Assembly: GCA_026391215.1 (NCBI GenBank)
Contig: JAPLDX010000078.1
Location: 1 to 55,535 of the forward strand
Direction of reading: 5' to 3'
Length of the DNA: 55,535 nucleotides
Source of the DNA: Bacteroidia bacterium
Lineage (GTDB): Bacteria > Bacteroidota > Bacteroidia > Bacteroidales > VadinHA17
Shown here: positions 9,377 to 21,063 of the stretch, piece by piece
Layout: each line of letters starts with the position of its first letter
Numbering within the stretch: position 1 is the first letter of the stretch
Notes under the pieces: model-generated
Database searches by the model: none
What the model saw: only the letters and a program-made list of their open reading frames with translations
Told to the model about the DNA's origin: nothing
Program-made: the position numbers and the translations under genes

Positions 9377-9982
9377 ATGATGAAACCAATTATACGATTT
9401 ACATTTACAATCGCTATTCTGCTCGCAGGAATAACCAGGGCTGCGGGTCAGACTGCCATTCCGGAGGTACTTGAAAAAGGAACTATCACCGAACAGATGA
9501 ACTACCTCGAGGAAAAGACAAGGATATATGAGTATTACCGCGCCATACGCGAGGATATGTTCCAGATGATTAAAAGAAATGCTGTTGATTCTCTCGTGAA
9601 GGTTAAAAACCAGGTGAACATGCTGGCCGGTATGAACAGTAACCTTGTCTTACGATTTGATTCCCTTACAGCAACTCTCTCTGACAGGGAAGCACAGCTT
9701 GATGAAGCTATCAGGACAAAAGACGGAATAAAGGTTTTCGGGATGAATCTGAACAAGAAAGCCTACAATTCAATAATGTGGATCATAGTTGTCGGCCTGC
9801 TCTTCCTTCTTGGACTGGGATTCCTTATATTTAAAAGAAACCTGTCAGTAATGCTCAGAACAAAGAAGGATCTTGAGGAGATGAAGACTGAGTTTGAATC
9901 ATACCGACAGAAGAAGCGCCTCGAGATTGAAAAATTAGGAATGGATCATTTCAATGAGCTCAAAAAGTTAAAGGGGGGATAA
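9377..9982 (+). CDS. Hypothetical coiled-coil protein with signal peptide and one C-proximal TM helix
   Basis: Signal peptide, heptad-rich middle, IMWIIVVGLLFLLGLGFLIF helix, charged tail. Confidence 0.75.
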   Translation: MMKPIIRFTFTIAILLAGITRAAGQTAIPEVLEKGTITEQMNYLEEKTRIYEYYRAIREDMFQMIKRNAVDSLVKVKNQVNMLAGMNSNLVLRFDSLTATLSDREAQLDEAIRTKDGIKVFGMNLNKKAYNSIMWIIVVGLLFLLGLGFLIFKRNLSVMLRTKKDLEEMKTEFESYRQKKRLEIEKLGMDHFNELKKLKGG

Positions 9983-9994
9983 TAAAAAATGAAT

Positions 9995-10033
9995 GGGAGA
10001 TGGCGAGAGGGAGATAGGGCGAGATGGGGAGAA
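9995..10033 (+). repeat. Degenerate purine-rich 8-bp array (GGGAGA/GGCGAGA type)
   Basis: gggagatggcgagagggagatagggcgagatggggagaa just after the stop at 9982. Confidence 0.65.
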
Positions 10034-10064
10034 AAAAAGACTAACCTATAATCAGATATATAAT

Positions 10065-12647
10065 ATGAAAACGAAGAACCTTTATTTTATCAGCTTTATT
10101 GCGGGAGCCCTTTTATTCTCCTGCAACAGTAAGATCAACCAGCAGGAGAAGATGCTTCTCAGAGATAACTGGGCCATTCAGTCTTCAAAAGATATAGCGG
10201 AAGATGGCAAAACAATCTCAATGCCGGAATATACACCTGAGAAATGGTACCCCGCGACAGTGCCATCAACAGTACTGGGAACTCTTGTCGAAAACAAGGT
10301 TTATCCTGATCCGTACTACGGAACTAACTTCGAAAAGCTGGCAGGCTACTTCGAAAGGCACAGCTCTGAAATACCAGACGACAGTCCCTATAGACATGCC
10401 TGGTGGTACCGTACAGTGTTCACATTGCCTGAAGGTTTTGAAGGGATGACCACATGGCTGAAATTTCACAGTATAAACTATAAAGCAAACGTGTGGCTGA
10501 ACGGTAACCTGATCGCCGACACTATAGCTATTGAAGGTGCCTATCGTCTTTATAACCTGAATATTACAGAATATGCTCAGCCCGGGAAGGAGAATTGCCT
10601 TGCTTTGGAAATCTTCCCTCCCAGAGGACTTGACCTCACCATAACATGGGTCGACTGGAACCCTACACCTCCCGACAGGGGAATGGGCATCTGGTATGAT
10701 GTGTCTCTCCTCTCTACCGGACCGGTAGCTATAGGAAAACCTTTCGTAAAGACGAAGCTTAACCTGCCGTCAACAGATACAGCAAGGCTTACAATAACTA
10801 CCGAACTTGTCAATGCCTCGGACAAGAAAGTAAAGGGAATCCTTAAGGGTAAAATAGAAGATATAGCCTTTGAACAGAAGGTGACACTATCTCCGGGTGA
10901 GACAAAGTTTGTTAAAATTGATCCTGACAAATACAGTCAGCTTGTAATAGCATCTCCCAGATTATGGTGGCCGCACAATGTTGGTCCTCAGAACCTGTAT
11001 GATCTTGAGCTTTCATTTGAAACAGGGGGCAGCATATCAGATGTAGAGAATGTACGCTTCGGCATTCGCGAAGTAAGTTCATGGATGAATAGTTTCCGCA
11101 GGAAGCCAACGAGGATCTTCCAGATAAATGGGCAGAATATTGTTATAAGGGGTGGCGGATATGTTGAGGATCTTTTGCTGCGTCCATCAAATGAAAGGAT
11201 AGATACTGACATTGCTTATGCAAAACATATGGGCCTTAATGCATTGAGGATGGAGGCTCCGCGCGGACCTGATTATATATTTGAAAAATGCGATGAAGAA
11301 GGCATAATGCTCATGGTAGGATGGTGCTGCTGCAGTTCATGGGAGGAGTGGGAAAAATGGAACTCACATGTGGAAACCATTGCCCAGAAAAGCCTGATGG
11401 ACCAGGTAATCCGCCTGAGAAACCACCCCTCAGTTTTTACCTGGCTGACAGGAAGTGACAATATCCCGTCACCCGAAGTTGAGAAGGTGTACGTACAGGT
11501 CCTTAACGACCTCGATGGTACAAGGCCCTGGGTGGCATCAGCGACAAATGATTCAAGCGTGGTCTCAGGGAACACCGGCGTCTGGATGGGCCCGTGGCCT
11601 GATGTTTATGCCTACTTCCCTCCATCCTACTGGTACACAAAGCTGGAGTTCAATACTGAAGCTGGTCCAGGAGGGGAGCAGATACCTCCGATGGAGACAA
11701 TGAGGAAGATGATGCCTGCAGAAGATCTGTGGCCGATGAGCCGCTCATGGGATCTCCGCCTGCATAAGGCTTTCTACCCGCAGCCCCGCAAAGCACTCTA
11801 TTCAAGATACGGAAAACCAACTGGTGTCGAAGAGTATAGCATGAAGTCGCAGGTGCTGCAGTATGAAGCTACAAGAGCAATGATGGAAGCTTTTGCAGCA
11901 AATAAATACAAATCAAGCGGCATAATTTACTGGATGTACAATTCAGCCTGGCCATCGTTGTACTGGCAATTCTATGATTATTTCTTTGCACCAAACGGTT
12001 CTTTCTACGGGACAAGGAAAGCTTGTGAGAACCTGCATATCCAGTACTCCTATGATGATCACTCAATCAGGATTGTGAACGGCAACTATTTGCCTTTCAA
12101 CGAATTAAAAGCAACTGCAAAATTATATGACTTCAATCTAAAGGAGGTCCTTTCAAAAGAAGTAATAGCAGACGTCAAAGCAGATGATAGTAAGAAAGTT
12201 ATTATGCTGGATCCTCCAAAAGGCGCTGTTTCATTCCTGAAACTGGAATTGCTGGATAATACAGGCAAGGAGATTTCATCGAATTTCTACTGGCTGTCAG
12301 GCAAGGGTGATGAGAAAGCAGATTTCACTGCACTGAACAGGCTTCCGAAGGTTAACCTGAATTATTCTGTTTCAGAAAAGGTGAAAGTAAACGACAAATA
12401 CACCCTGACGGTTGACCTTGAAAATCCAACAGCTTCACTGGCATTTTTTGTCAATCCTAAAATCATCATGCAGAATTCAAAGGATCTTGTATTGCCGGTC
12501 TTCTGGGAAGACAATTATTTCTCACTTCTCCCGGGCGAAAAGCGGCAGGTGAAAGTTGAATTCAATGAAAAGAATCTTAACGGGGAAGCTCCTGTATTGG
12601 CAATTGATGGATGGAATATTGTGCACGTTGAACAGGAACTAAAATAG
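10065..12647 (+). CDS. GH2 lipoprotein, exo-beta-D-glucosaminidase (CsxA)-like / beta-mannosidase-like
   Basis: Lipobox LFSC; WVDWNP, LRNHPSV..W..GSD (Asp instead of the usual NE acid/base) and FNTE as in CsxA-type GH2; upstream 24 codons of the track ORF are repeat-derived. Confidence 0.85.
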   Translation: MKTKNLYFISFIAGALLFSCNSKINQQEKMLLRDNWAIQSSKDIAEDGKTISMPEYTPEKWYPATVPSTVLGTLVENKVYPDPYYGTNFEKLAGYFERHSSEIPDDSPYRHAWWYRTVFTLPEGFEGMTTWLKFHSINYKANVWLNGNLIADTIAIEGAYRLYNLNITEYAQPGKENCLALEIFPPRGLDLTITWVDWNPTPPDRGMGIWYDVSLLSTGPVAIGKPFVKTKLNLPSTDTARLTITTELVNASDKKVKGILKGKIEDIAFEQKVTLSPGETKFVKIDPDKYSQLVIASPRLWWPHNVGPQNLYDLELSFETGGSISDVENVRFGIREVSSWMNSFRRKPTRIFQINGQNIVIRGGGYVEDLLLRPSNERIDTDIAYAKHMGLNALRMEAPRGPDYIFEKCDEEGIMLMVGWCCCSSWEEWEKWNSHVETIAQKSLMDQVIRLRNHPSVFTWLTGSDNIPSPEVEKVYVQVLNDLDGTRPWVASATNDSSVVSGNTGVWMGPWPDVYAYFPPSYWYTKLEFNTEAGPGGEQIPPMETMRKMMPAEDLWPMSRSWDLRLHKAFYPQPRKALYSRYGKPTGVEEYSMKSQVLQYEATRAMMEAFAANKYKSSGIIYWMYNSAWPSLYWQFYDYFFAPNGSFYGTRKACENLHIQYSYDDHSIRIVNGNYLPFNELKATAKLYDFNLKEVLSKEVIADVKADDSKKVIMLDPPKGAVSFLKLELLDNTGKEISSNFYWLSGKGDEKADFTALNRLPKVNLNYSVSEKVKVNDKYTLTVDLENPTASLAFFVNPKIIMQNSKDLVLPVFWEDNYFSLLPGEKRQVKVEFNEKNLNGEAPVLAIDGWNIVHVEQELK

Positions 12648-12650
12648 GAA

Positions 12651-12713
12651 TGAGGGGGAGACCTCCTTCGCCAAGGCTTCGGAGGCCAAAGGAGAGGGCG
12701 AAGAGGAGAAAGA
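12651..12713 (+). repeat. Purine-rich repeat units with an embedded short hairpin
   Basis: gagggggaga [cctccttcgccaaggcttcggaggcc] aaaggagagggcgaagaggagaaag. Confidence 0.5.
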
Positions 12714-12726
12714 ATGATTCTAATAT

Positions 12727-12760
12727 AAAAGAAGGCTCCCGTTTTTGCGGGAGCCTTTTT
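12727..12760. terminator. Bidirectional intrinsic terminator
   Basis: AAGGCTCCCG-TTTTTG-CGGGAGCCTT with A-tract before and T-tract after, between convergent genes. Confidence 0.85.
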
Positions 12761-12789
12761 ATTAAAGGTAGTCTATAAAGGTCTGATTT

Positions 12790-13647
12790 TTATAGATTGT
12801 CTGGATTAAACGCAACGCTTGCGCGTCCAAATGCACATACCATGGAATTACCGGCAAATGACTTGTATTCCTTGCGTTCCAGGGTACTGTCAAGTATGCC
12901 TTTTACACAGGCGATCTGGTCGTTAATGAAATCTGACGGCATCGGTACACCATGACCCGGCATCAGTGTCGTGAATTCAGATATTCCTGCCAGTTGCTTT
13001 TCAAGAGTCACGAGATATTCATGTAAAGGTTTGCAGTTTCCCAGGAAGAGCCATACCAGGGTATTATTATTATCTCCGGTGAAAAGAATCTTATTCTTTA
13101 TGTCAAGCAGACATATGCCTCCGGGTGTATGACCCGGTGTTTCAATCACCTGGATTTTCCGTCCGCCAAGGTTGAAGATTTTACCTTCAGAAACAGGAAT
13201 AAGTTCTGTTTCAAATATTTTACCTTTATACAGTTCACCCTCAGCAGGAGCATTGCCAGCCTGCATGGTTTTTGCTGAAGCTGCTCTTGAATCCGGCCTG
13301 TTAAATGCCTTTGCTGCTTCCGCATCTGCCTGATGAATATATACCTTCTCAAACTGGTAATCTGATCCTGCATGATCAGGATGACCATGGGTTATAACTA
13401 CTATCAGCGGCTTTGAGGTGAGGGTTTTGACAAATGATGCCAGATCAGCGGTTCCAAGACCGTTATCTACAAGCATTGCACTCTTTTTACCCTCAACCAG
13501 GTAGATATTGTCGGATCCGTGATCACTGATCTGCCATATCTTTGGTCCGACCTCCTTTGCCGTGAACCATGAGGGAGTAGTCTGTGATATGGCCAGGCTC
13601 ACTGAAAAAGAAGCCAGGCAAAACAACATTAATATTCTTTTATTCAT
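12790..13647 (-). CDS. Exported MBL-fold metallo-hydrolase
   Basis: THGHPDHAG, PGHT, TGD, PGHG motifs; signal peptide. Confidence 0.88.
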   Translation of the reverse strand: MNKRILMLFCLASFSVSLAISQTTPSWFTAKEVGPKIWQISDHGSDNIYLVEGKKSAMLVDNGLGTADLASFVKTLTSKPLIVVITHGHPDHAGSDYQFEKVYIHQADAEAAKAFNRPDSRAASAKTMQAGNAPAEGELYKGKIFETELIPVSEGKIFNLGGRKIQVIETPGHTPGGICLLDIKNKILFTGDNNNTLVWLFLGNCKPLHEYLVTLEKQLAGISEFTTLMPGHGVPMPSDFINDQIACVKGILDSTLERKEYKSFAGNSMVCAFGRASVAFNPDNL

Positions 13648-13658
13648 TGTGATTCTTT

Positions 13659-15203
13659 TTATTTGGTGTTGGTTATGAATTCAAGCTGGTCGCTGTACGG
13701 AAGAGGTACAGCCTTTACCTCCTCTCCAAATTCAATTACTTTCCGATTTTCCTGGCTGAAAGACGGCCATTCAGGCAAACCTTCACCATTAGGATCGCCG
13801 TTTCTTGCAAAATTAACCCAGTATGATGACATCATCTCCGAGAGGTCATAATCCCATTTTACAAATGGTCTGTTCCATAATTTAAGAGTCTTCAGTGCAT
13901 AACCGAACTCTGAGGAGTGGAATGCCCCGTAGTTGGGTTCCCCGGGTGGTATATGTTTGAAATAGTAAAGGTATGATTTGCTCTGACCTTTTGAACTCTG
14001 GGTAAGAGCCCAGAAATAGTTCTGCCAGCCAAAGAACAACTGTGACTGCAGTTTCTGCGATTGTTTTAATTCCTCGTCATTGCCTGCAGGGAATAGCTTT
14101 AGATATTCTTCAGCCTTTTCTCCATAGGTCTTTATCGCATTCGCCTTGTATACATCCTGTTTGGGGGGTGATCCGAATGAAAAGCCATCATCAGCGTTCC
14201 AGCCTGTGATGAGAGGTACATCGTTTTGCTTTCCGGCATCGAATGTTTCTGTGACCTGAGGTATCACAACACCATCGATAACAAGTCCCGATCTGGCACC
14301 TGCTTTTTGAAGCTCCTGAGCCGGTTTGGATCTCAGATCAGTAATCGATGAGATTCCCATCTTTTCACAAAACCTGACTCCTGCTTCTTCAGCGTCTTTC
14401 AGACCGAATACAAGTGACTCTCCCCTGGGGAACATCCCTCCGCTCTGGGCTATAGCTCTGTGGAACAGACCTTTAGCCAAAGGTGAAACAACCAGTGCAT
14501 TTACGCTGAAGGCTCCTGCGGATTGTCCGGCAATAGTCACGTTGCCAGGATCGCCACCGAAAGCTTCTATGTTTTTGCTGATCCATCTTAGAGCTTCAAT
14601 CTGGTCAAGGATGCCATAATTACCTGATACCTTGTTTGGTGATTCAGCTGAAAGTTCCGGATGGGCAAAGAATCCGAATATACCAAGCCGGTAATTTATT
14701 GTTATAAATACAACTCCTTTCTTTGCCATCTCCTCTCCATCATACAGCGGAACTGTTCCCGATCCTCCTGTAAAGGCTCCGCCATGTATCCAGACCATAA
14801 CCGGACGTTTCTCTGCAGATGTTTGTGCAGCGGTCCATATATTAAGGTATAGGCAATCTTCGCTGAGAGGCTCCAGGGGGGCCATGAATTCCTTTGTCCA
14901 CATCATAAAAGGATTTGGAGGATTCTGTATGGCGGATGGAGGAGGAACATCGCATTTGCGGACCCCCTGCCAGCTTTCAACAGGCTGGGGGGCTTTCCAG
15001 CGCAGTTCTTCCACCGGAGGGGCAGCAAAAGGAACTCCCATGAAGATCTGTACGGCTCCGTCTCCCCCGGTTTTCCCTGAGATCAATCCTGATTCAATCC
15101 TGACACTGTTGACATCAATTTTCTTACCTGCAGTCTTGTTGCCTGATGCACAGGCAGTAAGAACAAGCATGGGAATGATCATAATGAAAAGTAATCTCTT
15201 CAT
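13659..15203 (-). CDS. Type-B carboxylesterase lipoprotein
   Basis: SEDCLYLN, WIHGGAF, GQSAG nucleophile; lipobox LTAC. Confidence 0.92.
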   Translation of the reverse strand: MKRLLFIMIIPMLVLTACASGNKTAGKKIDVNSVRIESGLISGKTGGDGAVQIFMGVPFAAPPVEELRWKAPQPVESWQGVRKCDVPPPSAIQNPPNPFMMWTKEFMAPLEPLSEDCLYLNIWTAAQTSAEKRPVMVWIHGGAFTGGSGTVPLYDGEEMAKKGVVFITINYRLGIFGFFAHPELSAESPNKVSGNYGILDQIEALRWISKNIEAFGGDPGNVTIAGQSAGAFSVNALVVSPLAKGLFHRAIAQSGGMFPRGESLVFGLKDAEEAGVRFCEKMGISSITDLRSKPAQELQKAGARSGLVIDGVVIPQVTETFDAGKQNDVPLITGWNADDGFSFGSPPKQDVYKANAIKTYGEKAEEYLKLFPAGNDEELKQSQKLQSQLFFGWQNYFWALTQSSKGQSKSYLYYFKHIPPGEPNYGAFHSSEFGYALKTLKLWNRPFVKWDYDLSEMMSSYWVNFARNGDPNGEGLPEWPSFSQENRKVIEFGEEVKAVPLPYSDQLEFITNTK

Positions 15204-15209
15204 CTCTTT

Positions 15210-16454
<1,245 letters not shown>

Positions 16455-16519
16455 TTAGGATTTACTCTATTAGACATTTATTAATTACTTTTTATTTCAA
16501 AATTGATTGTTAAATAAGG

Positions 16520-18214
16520 TTATGATACAGGAATTGATTTTCTTGCTTCCCTGTCGGGGTCATTTTTCGCTTCACTGATATCATTTAGTACCATTATTTC
16601 GCCGTTTTCGGATGTGTATTTCGGCCATGCCGGAAGACCTCCGCCATCAGGATTGCCGGTTCTCATGAACTGAAGGAGAGCCCCGGCCATCTTTTCCGAC
16701 AGCTTTCTTGGTCTGGCTCCGCCACCTGTATGTGTCAGCATCAGGTCGGTATTATAGTACCAGAAACAAATATCGACGCAATGGAAAGCCCTCATGCGGT
16801 TATCGAACAGAGGAGGCTGCCAGCAGAACCATGCAACATAGACAGGTGCCGGTTGCTTTACTTTTGCATCTGCAAGAGTTACAACTCCCTGTCGGTTAGC
16901 ACTAACCAGTGACCAGATCTCTACAGGCTTCAGATCAGGAAATGCTTTTGCATAAGCATCTATAACCTCCCCGGCCTTATCTCCGAAACCGGCTCCGAAT
17001 CCAGCCCGCTGCTTAACCTTTTCCTTTACTTCGTCAAGAGTTATATTCTCCAGTGAAGCATCTGTGCGGCTGGGGGCCATTTCATTCATTGTGGAGCAGA
17101 TGATCATCGGAACTTCAGCTGCTGCAGGTGCTGCTTCGGGGAAATAAGGATGCTGAGGAATATAAACTCCATCTGCACAGGGGCTGAATCCCCTTCTGTA
17201 TCCACCGGTTGCCGGGCCTAAATCTTCAGCCAGTTTTGATGCTGCCGAGTTTGCCAGCGTCAGATATTCCTGCCATGGCATCTCCTGAAGCTTACTGATA
17301 TCTTCAGGTTTAAGACCTGCTTCCTTAAGAACATAGCCACCAAGCTTTTCGGCATATTCTTTTTCACCAGTCTTCACCCCTGCGCCACTCAGGACAACTG
17401 CCTTATGTATCAACCCTTTAGCTGAAGGCATAGCAGTCAGTGTTGTGACTTTTGCTCCGCCCCCCGATTGACCCATGATAGTAACGTTATCGGGATCACC
17501 TCCGAAATTTGTTATATTATCTCTTACCCATTCCAGAGCAGCTACAAGGTCAAGCATCCCTACGTTGCCGGATGCAGCAAATTTATCTCCTCCAACACCC
17601 GCAAGGTTTGTAAATCCCAACGGACCGAGTCGGTGATTGACTGAAACAAAGACTACATCATACTTCCTGGAGAAATTCTCACCATTGTAACCATCTTGTT
17701 CTATTCCGTTACCATTGACAAATCCGCCGCCATGAAGCCAGACCATCACAGGTCTTTTCTTCCCGTCATTTATTGCCGGAGTAAACACATTCAGCCTGAG
17801 ACAATCCTCGCTTACATCGTCATAGTTCCAGTGGTCGGCAAATGATTGATAGGCATTTGCATATCTTTTCTCCATACTCTGGGGAGCTGAATTGCCCCAC
17901 CATACTGCAGGGAATACATCGGTCCAGGGTTTGGGCTTCTGAGGAGGCATGAACCTGTTGGCTCCTGAAGTATCAGCGCCATACTGGATCCCAAGAAAAT
18001 AATTTATGCCCCTGAGGATATATCCTTTTACTTTCCCGTATTGAGTATCCGCGAGAGCTAAATTATCTCCGATAAAAAGTTTCTGGCCGTCATCTTCTAC
18101 TTTTTTTGCATCTGCTGATGCACATGATGCCGTCGGAATAATTGCTGCTCCAATGGTGAGCCCTGTTGCTCCGACTCCCATTGTCCTAATGAAATTACGT
18201 CGGTTGGATTTCAT
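16520..18214 (-). CDS. Tat-exported type-B carboxylesterase
   Basis: NRRNFI twin-arginine; SEDCLRLN, WLHGGGF, GQSGG. Confidence 0.92.
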   Translation of the reverse strand: MKSNRRNFIRTMGVGATGLTIGAAIIPTASCASADAKKVEDDGQKLFIGDNLALADTQYGKVKGYILRGINYFLGIQYGADTSGANRFMPPQKPKPWTDVFPAVWWGNSAPQSMEKRYANAYQSFADHWNYDDVSEDCLRLNVFTPAINDGKKRPVMVWLHGGGFVNGNGIEQDGYNGENFSRKYDVVFVSVNHRLGPLGFTNLAGVGGDKFAASGNVGMLDLVAALEWVRDNITNFGGDPDNVTIMGQSGGGAKVTTLTAMPSAKGLIHKAVVLSGAGVKTGEKEYAEKLGGYVLKEAGLKPEDISKLQEMPWQEYLTLANSAASKLAEDLGPATGGYRRGFSPCADGVYIPQHPYFPEAAPAAAEVPMIICSTMNEMAPSRTDASLENITLDEVKEKVKQRAGFGAGFGDKAGEVIDAYAKAFPDLKPVEIWSLVSANRQGVVTLADAKVKQPAPVYVAWFCWQPPLFDNRMRAFHCVDICFWYYNTDLMLTHTGGGARPRKLSEKMAGALLQFMRTGNPDGGGLPAWPKYTSENGEIMVLNDISEAKNDPDREARKSIPVS

Positions 18215-18254
18215 GGGTTTAGTATTAAATTGAAATTATTTTTGTTGTTTTCCT

Positions 18255-18299
18255 CTTTGTGTTACTTTGTGTTGTACTTTGTGCGCCTTTGTGGTTAAG
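18255..18299 (-). repeat. CACAAAG-core tandem repeat, 9-11 bp period
   Basis: Minus strand: aaccacaaag gcgcacaaag tacaacacaaag taacacaaag agg, just after the stop at 18315. Confidence 0.75.
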
Positions 18300-18314
18300 C
18301 TTTCATACTAAAAC

Positions 18315-20027
18315 CTATTCCCTAACAGTTATTACTCCGGTTGCCTTCATAATTGCTGCCGCTTCTGACGGCAGTTTCCAGTTATTGTCAAAAATTCCCT
18401 GGGTGATGATATTATCTGATGTCTCTTTGAAAAGTACAAAATCCTTGTCTTTTTTCAGTGTTTCTACCTTTGATCCCATGAAAGAAAATCCTTCCTGGGA
18501 ACTAGTTTGTTTGGCAGGAGTCCACCACGGAAGTCCTGAATTAACAACGACATAATGGTTATTGAGCGGGAAAATATAGACCAGCCCGTAATCTTTTGCA
18601 TCAGCGTTAAGGTGCACCGGCAGCTTGTCAGCGAATTTTTCAATTATTGCATTAGTTTCTTTTGTTCCGAACAGCACCAGGTTTGAAGTTTCATAATCGC
18701 TCTGCCGTATCTCTTTATCAGATATAACACGGGGGAATACCATAATCCTCCCTCCCATTCCTGACCAGTCAGCAAGGGAAGCAACCTCAGCCTGTCTTGC
18801 TGCCAGTTCCTCCCTGGAAGGATTTCCTCCTGTACCATAGACATATACATGATTGCTGCTGACAGCAGCATACATCGGGCCTTCTGCTCCAGTCTGCTTT
18901 GAAGTCAGATTCGGAGCAAATTTCTTATTGCTCCACGTCCCGTTCACCTTCATGAATGAAACTGCATCTGAAGTCTTGAAGGTGAATGATTTCCCGTCAA
19001 CTTTTGCTGTTGCTTTCTGTGCAGGATTGAACATTGAATGTCCTGCAAGGCTGAGGGTAAATGCTTCAAGGCCGTTTGTTGTTATCTCGATATTGTTCGT
19101 TCCTGTGAATTTTGCATCAATTGTTGCAAGAGTTCCGGGGATCAGGTTATCAAATTTGACCCAGTATGCTTTATTGTATTTGAACCACTTTGTGCTGAAT
19201 TTCACCTGCTGGGGGAAGAGATCCCTGGTAAATTGTGAGAACCATTCGAAGATAAATCCGTCCTTATAGGCATATTCCCAGCTGTTGTGTCCGATACCCG
19301 GGTATTCTGTATAGTTGAACCGTGGTGTAACGGCCTCAAATTTTGCCTTCCATTCCTGCGCTGTTTTATAGAGAAAATCCTTATCCCCCACAAAAAGATG
19401 TACCGGAAGGTTACATGCATTTCCTGTCAGATCGGTTGAACCGTCAGGAGGCGCCGGACAACAGGGGGCAATTGCTGCCCATATATCAGGACGGGTAAGT
19501 CCGAGCCATATTGTTCCGCCACCGCCCATTGACAATCCCGTAAGATAAATGCGATCTTCGTCAATTGAAAAACGGCTTTTGATATCATCGAGCATTTCAT
19601 AGACATCCTGTTCGGGGATTCCCTGGTAACCGGCAGTACCTCTGGCATATGGTGCTGCAACTATATAATCTACATCTTTAAGGACAGGAAAGTATCTTGT
19701 TGCTTCCAGGTCATCCTCCACAGGGACATTACCCGGTTTTATAAAGTCAGTTCCCTGGCTGTTGCCCTGTCCGAAAGCGCGGCGTAAACCAAGCCGGTGA
19801 TTCGACCAGGCACCATGCAGAAATACTACCAGCGGGTATTTTTTTGACTCGTCAAAATTTTTCGGAATATAGATGGCATATGGCTGATCAGTTTCATCAA
19901 CCTTTGAAAAGAAAGAAAGGTCCTGCGGTCCCGGTTTCAACTTCTGGGCACATGCATTACCGGGAATCATCGTAAGAATGGCAATTACCATTAAAACCTG
20001 GCAAAAAACAGATGTAATCTTTTTCAT
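18315..20027 (-). CDS. Exported alpha/beta hydrolase (esterase/peptidase S9-like)
   Basis: PLVVFLHG, YLTGLSMGG, GDKD, GHNSW. Confidence 0.85.
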   Translation of the reverse strand: MKKITSVFCQVLMVIAILTMIPGNACAQKLKPGPQDLSFFSKVDETDQPYAIYIPKNFDESKKYPLVVFLHGAWSNHRLGLRRAFGQGNSQGTDFIKPGNVPVEDDLEATRYFPVLKDVDYIVAAPYARGTAGYQGIPEQDVYEMLDDIKSRFSIDEDRIYLTGLSMGGGGTIWLGLTRPDIWAAIAPCCPAPPDGSTDLTGNACNLPVHLFVGDKDFLYKTAQEWKAKFEAVTPRFNYTEYPGIGHNSWEYAYKDGFIFEWFSQFTRDLFPQQVKFSTKWFKYNKAYWVKFDNLIPGTLATIDAKFTGTNNIEITTNGLEAFTLSLAGHSMFNPAQKATAKVDGKSFTFKTSDAVSFMKVNGTWSNKKFAPNLTSKQTGAEGPMYAAVSSNHVYVYGTGGNPSREELAARQAEVASLADWSGMGGRIMVFPRVISDKEIRQSDYETSNLVLFGTKETNAIIEKFADKLPVHLNADAKDYGLVYIFPLNNHYVVVNSGLPWWTPAKQTSSQEGFSFMGSKVETLKKDKDFVLFKETSDNIITQGIFDNNWKLPSEAAAIMKATGVITVRE

Positions 20028-20150
20028 TTCATTAATAATTGGTTTAACAAGTGAAGATACAGATTAATGTCCATTTTTCACAGAACCGGTTTGCCCTGTC
20101 TCAAAATAGTTTTGTAACTTAGATGATCTAAAGCGCTTAAAGATGATTTT

Positions 20151-21059
20151 ATGAGTGATAAAGCGAAAAAATGGATTTTGTGGGGAAGCATCTTCATCCT
20201 GTTACTTTCGATTGGCGGAATAGTTTATTCTACTATTATTCCATATTCCGATACTGTTGATATTTTTCAGATAACCTCTATCATGGTGGTAATCGCATCA
20301 GTACTTAACATGATATTCCTTTTAGCAAACAAATTCCAGAGCAGGAAAGGATTCAGGAAGGTCATATGGATTATGACCTGTTTTCTCCCTGTAGTGATAC
20401 TTCTCTTATTTGCCTATGATTTTAAATGGATAACTATAAATTCTGATCTGCTATATAGTCTACTATTGTCTGGAATATTAATTCTTATACCAGTAGCTAC
20501 TATGTACCTGTTTGTCCTTGACGATACCAAAACAATTATGGGAATATCAATTATTCTGTTTTATACCATTTTGAGCCTGGTATTGAAACGTTTCAATTTG
20601 GGAGATGCGGAATCACTTCTAAACATTGGACTTTTATTGATCAGCTGTGGCATGTATTTTTTTGGACTGAAATGTTTCTTTTCCATCAAGAAAAACCGGT
20701 TTCTTAAAGCTGTTTCGATTATTGCTTGTTTGCTCATTTATTTCGGCTGTTTTATAATGATGTACTCTTCTTTTACTTATACAAATACCATTCTGATTAT
20801 TTATAGTATCTCTATATTCCTTTTAACATTGATTGTCCTTATATCGTTGCCGGTATCAGGTTATATTCAATGGAGTACACAGCACAAAAGCCTTCTGAGA
20901 AAGATATTGATACCCTGGATCTTCTTCTTGCTGCTTATTTCAATCAGGTTTGTATTCCCTGATCTTAACAGCCTGTTTTTCCGAGAAGTACGGGGAGGAT
21001 TCCAGGAATTCAGGATGAATGATTATCCAGTAATCAATAAAAACGGACTGGAACCTTAA
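20151..21059 (+). CDS. Hypothetical polytopic membrane protein
   Basis: About 9-10 hydrophobic segments; AT-rich coding; no recognisable motif. Confidence 0.75.
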   Translation: MSDKAKKWILWGSIFILLLSIGGIVYSTIIPYSDTVDIFQITSIMVVIASVLNMIFLLANKFQSRKGFRKVIWIMTCFLPVVILLLFAYDFKWITINSDLLYSLLLSGILILIPVATMYLFVLDDTKTIMGISIILFYTILSLVLKRFNLGDAESLLNIGLLLISCGMYFFGLKCFFSIKKNRFLKAVSIIACLLIYFGCFIMMYSSFTYTNTILIIYSISIFLLTLIVLISLPVSGYIQWSTQHKSLLRKILIPWIFFLLLISIRFVFPDLNSLFFREVRGGFQEFRMNDYPVINKNGLEP

Positions 21060-21063
21060 TAGT

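Noticed and set aside
9377-9982. tRNA methyltransferase label that, as I recall, is sometimes given to similar proteins
   Set aside because: No SPOUT/SAM motifs; it has a signal peptide, coiled coil and TM helix
9993-10064. N-terminal extension of GH2
   Set aside because: Derived from the purine-rich repeat; the lipoprotein signal begins at 10065
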